A stretch of DNA of 64,000 nucleotides from Euryarchaeota archaeon UBA463 (GTDB lineage: Archaea; Thermoplasmatota; Poseidoniia; Poseidoniales; Thalassarchaeaceae), in assembly GCA_002501805.1 (NCBI GenBank), contig DAOI01000024.1, positions 12,224-76,223 on the forward strand, read 5' to 3'. Positions 56,376 through 64,000 of the stretch are shown here, piece after piece. Under the pieces are notes generated by a model, which ran no database searches, was not told the DNA's origin, and worked only from the letters and a program-made list of their open reading frames with translations. How positions within the stretch are numbered: position 1 is the stretch's first letter; every line of letters begins with the position of its first letter. The translations under genes and the position numbers were made by a program.

Positions 56376-58363
56376 CCATCTTCAACTAGGCCATCCTCAG
56401 TAACGATGGTTCCAACAACTTCCTCGATTTCATCATCATAGTACTCCTCACTTTCGAAGAAACCCCTATCACGCAACTGCATCCCTGCAAATATTAGTGT
56501 TATCAGGAGAATAATGACGATTAGGGATAGCCCTCCGATTAGGATGCCACTCATAGACCCCGCATCGTCAGATCTCTCAACCTTCTCCTCACCAGAAATG
56601 TGGATTGCAGTAGCTAGGTTTGTAGATGAAGAGGCTCCAGATATCGCTCTCACTAGAATAACCTGAGTCCCCTCGATAGTATTGTTCGGGAGGTATTGAA
56701 GCCTATCGACAAGAAGACTGTGCGAGACCTCAAAATCACTATCCCCAGAATTAAATTCTGGTAAATCCATCCAATTGTCTCTCATGTCCCAAGTCCTCCA
56801 TTGAACCCTTTGGATGCCACCTTCTAAATTGTAAGAAATAGATTCTCCCGGACCAATCCAAACTCTATTATCGAGGCCGTAATCACTAGCCAATGTAACA
56901 TTCAGAGTGAGACTGAGATCATAGTCATAATTGGCGGCTTCATCAACTGCAGGTTGAGCATTGACGTGCCCATGCCCGTATACATTGTTCTGGCGATTTT
57001 TAGGAATCGCGTCTTCGGCACAGGGCTCGTTTGCCAGCATGTAATGGCACTCACGATACGTGGAAGTCTCCTGCATAATATTTCGAATATCAAACGGACT
57101 AAGATCGGGATTAGCCTGATACATCAGAACAGCCACTCCTGCCGCTCCAGGGGTTGCCATACTTGTTCCCGACAGTGCCACATAACCATCTCCGGTGTTT
57201 GCATCGGGGGCATTAACACTGCTCCCAACGAATGCTATGTTTGGTTTGACTCTGCCCTCCTCCGTTGGACCCTGACTCGAGTAAATTGCAATCGAGGTGT
57301 CCTTGTCCAGAGATCCTACGGTGATTACGTCCTCCGCACTCCCCGGGGTTCCTATTGTTGCAGTTCCCCCACTATTTCCCGCTGCGATGAACAGAGTCAC
57401 CCCAGCCCTCATCATTTCATTGGCCATTCTGTTGACAGATTCCTCCTCCGATGAGGTCCACTCGATTGCTCCAGTTAGGGCACCGAGACTCATACTGGCC
57501 GCTCGGATATTGAATTCGTGCCTCTTCTCGACTGTCCATTGCATTCCAGCCATGACCGCCGCGAAAGATCCGCTGCCTCCTCCGTCAAGTACCTTGACTC
57601 CCACTAGATTTGCACGTGGCGCCACACCAATGTGCTGGTAGTTGGGAGCGCCAGTCCCGGCTGTGATGCCTGCACAGTGAGTGCCATGGCCATTGTCATC
57701 ATAGGGAAATATCTCTGTTCCATTTGTTGCTCCCGGATTGTTAATCGCATCGTAGAATGCGACTATTTTAGGATCGTCTGTCATGTTGTCATCGTCTAAA
57801 TCGTCCAGAGCCGTATGGTTGCCGTCGATTCCGGTGTCGATGATTGCCATGGTTACCCCCTCCCCGGTGTATCCCGTGTCCTGCCAAACCAAATCTACTC
57901 CATGAACTGGAACTACCTCTTCCATCTGTATCCCAAGGACCCCGTCCAGCTCAACGAAAACTACTCCCGGGAGATCAATAATTTCGTGGATTCTACTCAA
58001 CTCCACAGTACCCGCAATGGAGTCAATTAGCCAGTATCTAAATTGAGTCTGAAACTCAACCTCCCTCTCTAGCATCGCTTGATCTTCTTCTGTGGGGGTG
58101 TGGTCAAAGTCGACAATCACTGAAATTAGACCATCCTCATCAAGATACTGATGATGGTTGTTTTGTACCGCAATCCAGATAGCATCATGAATGAAATCGC
58201 CATCAGAATCCATACTTGTATCTAGCCACCAGTGTCTTTCGTCTTCACTCCCCAGCTCACTAGCTGGTAAGCCCGTTGCTATGGTTGGCAACAGTAACAT
58301 CAAGAAGAAGGTCAATGAGACTGTCTTGCCTCTCGTTTCTGAAGTCATAATCATACTAATCAT
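56372..58363 (-). CDS. Secreted subtilisin-family (S8) serine protease with a C-terminal TM anchor
   Basis: Has a signal peptide and the catalytic triad motifs AIIDTGID (Asp), HGTHCAGI (His) and SGTSMATPG (Ser). The C-terminus is a TM helix (ILIGGLSLIVIILLITLIFAG) followed by an acidic tail. Confidence 0.9.
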   Translation of the reverse strand: MISMIMTSETRGKTVSLTFFLMLLLPTIATGLPASELGSEDERHWWLDTSMDSDGDFIHDAIWIAVQNNHHQYLDEDGLISVIVDFDHTPTEEDQAMLEREVEFQTQFRYWLIDSIAGTVELSRIHEIIDLPGVVFVELDGVLGIQMEEVVPVHGVDLVWQDTGYTGEGVTMAIIDTGIDGNHTALDDLDDDNMTDDPKIVAFYDAINNPGATNGTEIFPYDDNGHGTHCAGITAGTGAPNYQHIGVAPRANLVGVKVLDGGGSGSFAAVMAGMQWTVEKRHEFNIRAASMSLGALTGAIEWTSSEEESVNRMANEMMRAGVTLFIAAGNSGGTATIGTPGSAEDVITVGSLDKDTSIAIYSSQGPTEEGRVKPNIAFVGSSVNAPDANTGDGYVALSGTSMATPGAAGVAVLMYQANPDLSPFDIRNIMQETSTYRECHYMLANEPCAEDAIPKNRQNNVYGHGHVNAQPAVDEAANYDYDLSLTLNVTLASDYGLDNRVWIGPGESISYNLEGGIQRVQWRTWDMRDNWMDLPEFNSGDSDFEVSHSLLVDRLQYLPNNTIEGTQVILVRAISGASSSTNLATAIHISGEEKVERSDDAGSMSGILIGGLSLIVIILLITLIFAGMQLRDRGFFESEEYYDDEIEEVVGTIVTEDGLVEDG

Positions 58364-58593
58364 ATCTCGGCACCAATTAGAGTTCGTGTATCTGCAATTC
58401 CCTCAATGGATCTAATCTCCTGAACAACACACCTTGTCAGCTCCACCTCATCCTCTGCTTCTACCTTAACGAAGAGATCGTGTAATCCAAACACTATCCA
58501 CTGTCCAGAGACATGCTCAATTTTAGAAACAGACTCTCTAACAGATAACTCAGCACCGGGATGTGTGGTGATAAGAACAAAACCTACAGCCAA
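58360..58593 (-). CDS. Stand-alone Lrp/AsnC ligand-binding (RAM) domain protein
   Basis: 77 aa. AVGFVLITTHPGAE..V...V..IEHVSGQWIVFGLHDLFVKVEAEDEVEL...V.QEIRSIEGIADTRTLI fits the RAM-domain beta-alpha-beta-beta-alpha-beta pattern, and there is no HTH. Its stop overlaps the protease start (4 nt). Confidence 0.7.
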   Translation of the reverse strand: MAVGFVLITTHPGAELSVRESVSKIEHVSGQWIVFGLHDLFVKVEAEDEVELTRCVVQEIRSIEGIADTRTLIGAEI

Positions 58594-58595
58594 AA

Positions 58596-58829
58596 TTATA
58601 CCTCCACAGCGATGAGAGTCTCAGTCCTAATTACTCCCTCGATAGATCTCATCTGACCTATCAATGTCTTGGCCATTTCTTTTTCATCGTCGAAGTCAAT
58701 TCGTGCGACTAAATCGTACTCCCCATAGGAAACATGGGTCTCAGTGACTGCATCGAGGTTTAGAAGAGTTAGATAGACATCTAGCTCTCTTTGAGGAGCA
58801 GTTTTGATTAGGACAAATGCAGTACTCAT
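58596..58829 (-). CDS. Stand-alone Lrp/AsnC ligand-binding (RAM) domain protein (paralog)
   Basis: ATG 58829 gives a 77-aa product, MSTAFVLIKTAPQRELDVYLTLLNLDAVTETHVSYGEYDLVARIDFDDEKEMAKTLIGQMRSIEGVIRTETLIAVEV. The ORF track start at 58928 adds 33 non-conserved residues. Confidence 0.7.
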   Translation of the reverse strand: MSTAFVLIKTAPQRELDVYLTLLNLDAVTETHVSYGEYDLVARIDFDDEKEMAKTLIGQMRSIEGVIRTETLIAVEV

Positions 58830-58965
58830 CACTACCCCAAAGTCATCCCAATACTCCCTGTTTATGACCTCTCCGATGGTAAAAACTCTGTACGCAATGG
58901 TACGAAGGGATAACATGGAATGAGTCAACCCCCGCTTCGTGGCACTCTATCAGAGTAGGCATAGG

Positions 58966-61900
58966 ATGGCTTATGCGTTGGTGCTAATACTCATACTCGT
59001 CCCATTCTCCAATATCGTCTCCTCAGCAGATTCTAGGTCGACAACCGTATGGTCTGGAACAGTGGTCCTTCCTGATGGCTATTCAGTGGATGCTGGCGAG
59101 GTTCTCTCGATAGCCCCGGGAACTTTAGTGAGTATTGGGGCTGGGTACTCAATAGAGGTCAATGGGAGAATAATAGTTTCAGGATCGAACTCTTCCCCAG
59201 TTATATTCGACTCGATTTCTGGAAATCATGAGGGATTGATTTTCAACTACTCAAGTGATGGCTTGGGATCTAGGATGGATAACCTGTCCATTTCAAACTC
59301 AAAATTTGGAGTGACAATCTATGGGAGTGATCCAATAATCTCAAACCTCACAGTCCTCAATGCCGATAGCGTAGCTGTGGATCTCTACGGGGGGGCTTCA
59401 CCAGTAATCAACGACCTGTCCGTGTTGGGAGGTGGACAAGACGTACATGGATTCTCTACAACGTGGAGATATGGAATCGGCCTCTCAATTGGCGCGGGCT
59501 CAGCGCCCATCGTTAGAGGGGCGACAATAGACGGACTGATAACTAGAGGATTGAATCTCTGGGGCAATTCTGGAGGCCTCCTCTCTGATTTAGAGATATC
59601 AAACATCAGCGGATCTACTATGGCCATTTCCGCTGGTATTTGGGTGGAGGACTCAATACCTCTGATAGAGGAATCAAGTATCAAAAGATCAGATAATGGA
59701 ATCTTTGTGAGACATATCACGGAGGGCTGGACAACCAGGCCAACCTTCGAAAGCGTAGTTGTAGAGGATTCAATGTACCGTGGAGTGATGGTTGAACAAT
59801 ACAATCATAGTCAGTATTCGAATCTCCCATTAAATGCTATATTCAATGATATTACTGTAAGGGGAACAGGTGGCCCCGGGGCAAAGACACAGGGACTTTC
59901 AGTAGCCGCATTCGATATCAACACCAGTGGGGTGCACATTGACTTGGGACTGATAGAGGATAACGAGGCGGTCGGTCTGAGAGGATATATGATAGATTCC
60001 TCGACTATCATAAACAGATTGGATATGATGAGAAATGGAAACCCCTCGCCTGTGTCCCCTTACAATGACAGGGCTGGAATGTTTCTCCGAAGTGCGAATT
60101 GGGCTCCAACTGTGAATGATCTTGTAGTTCGGAACTCAACAGGTCCGGGGGTACTCCTATGGAAAGGAGGGGTACAGGGTAGCTACTGGGACATTAGTAA
60201 CAACGGCGCCACCGGATTAGATATCAGGGAGTTCCATCCCGATTTATTCTTAGTCACCAGTCACAATAACAGTGGCAACGGTGTTTCGGTAATAGACTCC
60301 AGCAATGTCGAGCTAGAGCAAGTTCATACCTCCAACAATGGAATAGGATCTATTTCGGCCTCATCGGGGTCGGGAATTTATTTCGAAGAATCCAATGACG
60401 TCGTCAGCGCTGGAAAGAATGTAAGCTGTACCGACTGTTCTACGACCCAAGATCAATTCGGATTGGTAGTACGTAATAGTATTGATATTTACCTAGATGG
60501 AATAGTATCTAGGGATCCAGTTTCAGGACCAGCCTTGGATATCGATAATCGTGGGATCTCTGAGAGGGAGGGAACGGTCTCGTTGGCCAATGTGTCCATA
60601 TTCCAGAATACTAGCTCATACTCCATTGAACTGGTTGGGGTGGACGCTCTGATAGATACATTGGAGATTAATGGATCCAATGGTGGAATGAACTGGGTTG
60701 CCAATGGTCAACTTTCCTCACACCTAAATTCCAGTATCATCAGAGGCAACCAAGGCTGTCTAGATTTGGTAGATCATAGTGAACTAATCTCCAATTCAGT
60801 AATCTTTGAATGTTCAGGAGCAGATCCCTCTGCCTCCTCCTCATTCGTTAATTTCACTGACTCATTTTTCTCCCATGCTCAGGGAATGTCCGATACATTC
60901 TCCACACTAGGAAACTCCCATATTAGATGGATATCATCTTCTAATCTAGGCACACCCAATTTCTCAGGTTCCGACAACATAGTCGATGTTATGTGGTTGG
61001 TGGAGGCCAATGTTATCAACCAAAATCTGAGGAATATCCCTTACTCAGATATCAATATTACTTTCAGCCAATACGAGTCCGATTTTACAACAACTCTTCC
61101 TTACTCTGGTAGGGAGTTAGTAGGGCCATTCATTGGTCAAAGGTGGACCCCAGTTCAAGGATGGTCACTGAATAATACGATGAATATGGGATGCGACTAC
61201 GATGGAGTCCACAATGATACTATTCCGATGCAATTAGATTCAGATATTACTGTCTTGTGTATGGTTGAGATTTCTAATCAACCGCCATTCATCATATGGA
61301 CAACTCCGGAAGATGAATCTGTTTATCCAAGTGGCAGCACGGTTACTTTCAATGCGAACGAGTCATGGGATTTGGATGATGACAATCTAACGTATACTTG
61401 GACGAGTAACATAGATGGAAACCTTGCTGGTGACTTCGGCGTTTGTGGAGGAAATGCTAATGGCTCGTTCTTCCTTGGTAACCCTTGGTCCTCGAGTCAT
61501 GATTGCCTCTCAGATGGATTACATCAGATTACACTTGAAGTATGCGATGACCAAGGGCACTGCTCTACCGAATCCAGACAGATCGAACTCACAAATCTCC
61601 CCCCAGTACTAACAGTTGGCACCTCGCCTTCAATATCGTCTTGGGGCACTCTTTACCTAGGTCAGACTGCGAATGTCACAATCTACCTATCCGAGACTTA
61701 CGACCCCGAAGGAGATGCGATGACTTGCTGGGCGACCGCATCATATGAGGACGGCGGGAGTACGCCCCCCGAAGATTCCAATGGCTGTCCCTCACAGATT
61801 ATCATAGCATTCCCCGAAGCACCAAACCAGTTCTCAGTAACAGTTTACGCGTCTGATGGGGTCAACCCCCCTTCGACATGGATTTTCAATGTGGAACTTT

Positions 61901-63582
61901 ACAATGAGATTCCGGATGCAGTAATGTCAATCTCAAGATCTGGGCAGTCATCGTCTGATACCCTGATAATCGATGGCTCTCAAACGATTGACCCCGAAGG
62001 AGATTATGTCAAATTCAAGTTTTTGAGCGATCTGGATGGGACTATTCATTCCGGTACTTCAACAGATGGAAACATAGAGTGGGTCGGTACACTATCAAAA
62101 GGCCTGCATACCATTACAATGCAGGCCAGTGATGACAGGCCCGGGCATGCAGGCCAGTGGACCACAACCAGTCAGCAGGTTCAGGTAAACAACTCAAATC
62201 CAGTTTCCGTTATTTCTAGCCCTATTGATGGTTCTCTTACGGACTCTGGAACAATTATCACCCTTGGCTCTACAGGTTCGGGGGACTGGGACATAGCATG
62301 CTCTGACCTACCGGAGAATGGCTCGGGACTGATCTGTAATCCCAATACACTAACCAGCACAGATCTAGTAAGCGTACTCTGGGAAAGCGACATTGTAGAA
62401 ACTCCACTTGGTAGCGATTGGACTGTTGAGACTCGGCTTCCAGAAGGAGTGCATCAGATCACCCTGACAGTAGATGATGGATCTGGAAATCCAGATATTT
62501 CAGAGATGATGCTCAGAGTAGATGAGTCTGCTCCTGTACTCATCCTAGACTCTCCAGTGCCCGATGTAGTAGTCTACTCAAATCTCCCAGTCCTCTTTGA
62601 TTTTAGAAGATCATTCGATGCAGATGGAGATGATTTTACCGTCACAATCACTTCTGACCTAATGATGAATCCCATATTGGAGGATGTGACTAATGATTTC
62701 TGGTACAACGACTATCTTCCCCATGGAGTCCATACTCTAACTATCCAACTAACTGATGAGAATGGAATGGCTAGATCACACACTCAGAAGATCACAGTCC
62801 TAGAGACAGACCCAGTAGCTCTCATATCCGGGCTGTCCGAGGGTCAGTATATTGTCCCGGGGACAATATTAGAGTTGAATGGCTCTGGATCATTCGACTA
62901 TGACAATGATATCACTCTCTACAGGTGGAGTTTATCAGATGGTACAGTGCTGAGTGATAGGGAAAAAGCCTCTATCCAGCTCCCTCCAGGGCCAGTAAGA
63001 ATTGATCTCGTAGTACAAGATTCCAGAGGCGCCCAGTCATTATCCTCGGTGAATCTCACCATAGGCGCATCATCACCTATCCTAAGGGATATGTCAGTAT
63101 CTCCTAAGGAGCTTGAGATGGGGGCTGTCAACAGTATCAGGATCACTGTCGTGATGGAGGATGTCGATGGTACCACCTCATCAGTCGGAGGAGAGTTGGT
63201 AGCAGGGGGCCTCTCCAAAGCATTTCAGATGCGGGATGACGGCCAATTGGGGGATTTGGTTGCAGATGATGGGATTTGGACCTTCGAGACAAATTGGGAG
63301 ATTACCTCTGGCTCTTCCGCCTCGATAGGCGTATGGGCTGTAGATGGCGATACAGTCAGTCCGACTTTGATGTCAATCATTCCAATTGTGGAGGACGAGA
63401 GACTGGACATAGTTGGTTGGATTGTTGGTTCAGGCCTCCCAGTCGTGATTGTAATCGTCTCGATATTAATCGCAGCAGGAATGGTCCTAGTGGCAAATCG
63501 TAGGAGGGAGATTGAGAGGGACCTAGAGATGATCGAGTCTTGGTCTACATTCGACTCCCGAGATCTCGATGATGAAGTATGA
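58966..63582 (+). CDS. Giant surface protein: signal peptide, right-handed parallel beta-helix (PbH1/CASH) region, multiple PKD/Ig-like domains, C-terminal TM anchor
   Basis: ATG 58966 gives MAYALVLILILVPFSNIVSSA. It has repetitive PbH1-like turns (ISNSKFGVTIYGS.PIISNLTVLN, GLNLWGNSGGLLSDLEISN) and several PKD-like units (TVTFNANESWDLDDDNLTYTWTSNIDG; FDFRRSFDADGDDF; LNGSGSFDYDNDITLYRWSLSDG). The C-terminal TM helix is followed by NRRREIERD and an acidic tail. Confidence 0.7.
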   Translation: MAYALVLILILVPFSNIVSSADSRSTTVWSGTVVLPDGYSVDAGEVLSIAPGTLVSIGAGYSIEVNGRIIVSGSNSSPVIFDSISGNHEGLIFNYSSDGLGSRMDNLSISNSKFGVTIYGSDPIISNLTVLNADSVAVDLYGGASPVINDLSVLGGGQDVHGFSTTWRYGIGLSIGAGSAPIVRGATIDGLITRGLNLWGNSGGLLSDLEISNISGSTMAISAGIWVEDSIPLIEESSIKRSDNGIFVRHITEGWTTRPTFESVVVEDSMYRGVMVEQYNHSQYSNLPLNAIFNDITVRGTGGPGAKTQGLSVAAFDINTSGVHIDLGLIEDNEAVGLRGYMIDSSTIINRLDMMRNGNPSPVSPYNDRAGMFLRSANWAPTVNDLVVRNSTGPGVLLWKGGVQGSYWDISNNGATGLDIREFHPDLFLVTSHNNSGNGVSVIDSSNVELEQVHTSNNGIGSISASSGSGIYFEESNDVVSAGKNVSCTDCSTTQDQFGLVVRNSIDIYLDGIVSRDPVSGPALDIDNRGISEREGTVSLANVSIFQNTSSYSIELVGVDALIDTLEINGSNGGMNWVANGQLSSHLNSSIIRGNQGCLDLVDHSELISNSVIFECSGADPSASSSFVNFTDSFFSHAQGMSDTFSTLGNSHIRWISSSNLGTPNFSGSDNIVDVMWLVEANVINQNLRNIPYSDINITFSQYESDFTTTLPYSGRELVGPFIGQRWTPVQGWSLNNTMNMGCDYDGVHNDTIPMQLDSDITVLCMVEISNQPPFIIWTTPEDESVYPSGSTVTFNANESWDLDDDNLTYTWTSNIDGNLAGDFGVCGGNANGSFFLGNPWSSSHDCLSDGLHQITLEVCDDQGHCSTESRQIELTNLPPVLTVGTSPSISSWGTLYLGQTANVTIYLSETYDPEGDAMTCWATASYEDGGSTPPEDSNGCPSQIIIAFPEAPNQFSVTVYASDGVNPPSTWIFNVELYNEIPDAVMSISRSGQSSSDTLIIDGSQTIDPEGDYVKFKFLSDLDGTIHSGTSTDGNIEWVGTLSKGLHTITMQASDDRPGHAGQWTTTSQQVQVNNSNPVSVISSPIDGSLTDSGTIITLGSTGSGDWDIACSDLPENGSGLICNPNTLTSTDLVSVLWESDIVETPLGSDWTVETRLPEGVHQITLTVDDGSGNPDISEMMLRVDESAPVLILDSPVPDVVVYSNLPVLFDFRRSFDADGDDFTVTITSDLMMNPILEDVTNDFWYNDYLPHGVHTLTIQLTDENGMARSHTQKITVLETDPVALISGLSEGQYIVPGTILELNGSGSFDYDNDITLYRWSLSDGTVLSDREKASIQLPPGPVRIDLVVQDSRGAQSLSSVNLTIGASSPILRDMSVSPKELEMGAVNSIRITVVMEDVDGTTSSVGGELVAGGLSKAFQMRDDGQLGDLVADDGIWTFETNWEITSGSSASIGVWAVDGDTVSPTLMSIIPIVEDERLDIVGWIVGSGLPVVIVIVSILIAAGMVLVANRRREIERDLEMIESWSTFDSRDLDDEV

Positions 63583-63585
63583 TGA

Positions 63586-64000
63586 CTACTTCTCGGGTCC
63601 CCATTGAGTAACTTGCCTAGTCAGTCCGAGTCTGTGGGTGAATAGGAACCTGAGGTTCAGCAAACCATCTCCCCATGTGTTGATCTCGGCCTCACCGACC
63701 CTCGGCCGGTAAGGCACACTCACTTCAGCGGTCTTCTTCTTTCCTAGGTACCTACGGGCCCTGATTTTGAATTCCTGCGAAAGTGGCATTCCATCATGCT
63801 TAGGTCTGACACGCTCATCCTCAAAAATGGACTTTCGGAAAACCCACATGCCACTCTGAGAGTCATGTATTCCATACCAATAGAGTATCGAAGCAGTAGT
63901 CGAAAGAACCCAGTTCCCAAATCCATGTAGTCCGGGCATAGACCCTTCCTCAGCTCTCTTGAGTCTATCACATGTTATCCACTGCAAATCCTCATCAATC
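63586..64000 (-). CDS. GT2-family glycosyltransferase (dolichyl-phosphate sugar synthase-like), C-terminal part; gene continues past the window end
   Basis: The frame is open to the window edge. It reads ...IDEDLQ (DxD region) ... GFGNWVLSTTASILYWYGIHDSQSGMWVFRKSIFE ... EVSVPYRPRVGEAEIN, typical of GT2 DPM1-like enzymes. The track's TTG start at 63987 is internal. Confidence 0.75.
   Translation of the reverse strand, partial: IDEDLQWITCDRLKRAEEGSMPGLHGFGNWVLSTTASILYWYGIHDSQSGMWVFRKSIFEDERVRPKHDGMPLSQEFKIRARRYLGKKKTAEVSVPYRPRVGEAEINTWGDGLLNLRFLFTHRLGLTRQVTQWGPEK

Overview
The window is a gene-dense chromosomal segment of about 55 protein genes and one tRNA. It appears to come from an uncultivated archaeon. 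The L7Ae-S28e-L24e ribosomal operon, archaeal-type S2, deoxyhypusine synthase, Taw1/Taw2 wyosine enzymes and a geranylgeranyl reductase support this. My guess, which is inference only, is a marine Thermoplasmatota/Marine Group II-like lineage.

Housekeeping genes are interleaved with many bacterial-type genes: MaeB-type malic enzyme, UvrB/UvrC, oligoribonuclease, AlkB-type hydroxylase, fused FadB-like enzyme, CcmF and an Hc1-like small protein. Several very large secreted, C-terminally membrane-anchored surface proteins are also present.

I found no rRNA, CRISPR array, transposase or integrase.

The regions most worth a second look are:
- A translationally coupled three-gene cassette (26675-31025). 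Its two secreted proteins share an N-terminal Cys-x(1,3)-Cys-His-Gly module that looks Reeler-like or could be an atypical heme site.
- An unusual ABC system (33461-38734) with a DUF805-FtsX-FtsX giant permease and two different ATPases.
- An operon of two stand-alone RAM-domain proteins plus a subtilase, beside a wHTH-STAND ATPase and a 1500-aa beta-helix/PKD protein (54183-63582).
- A shared aromatic-acidic motif in the cytoplasmic tails of three surface proteins.
- An msrA whose catalytic motif lies upstream of any canonical start codon.
- Two ORFs missing from the supplied track: an Hc1-like 58-aa gene, and an edge-truncated secreted protein.

All homology calls come from motif recognition by eye and memory. 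No searches were run.
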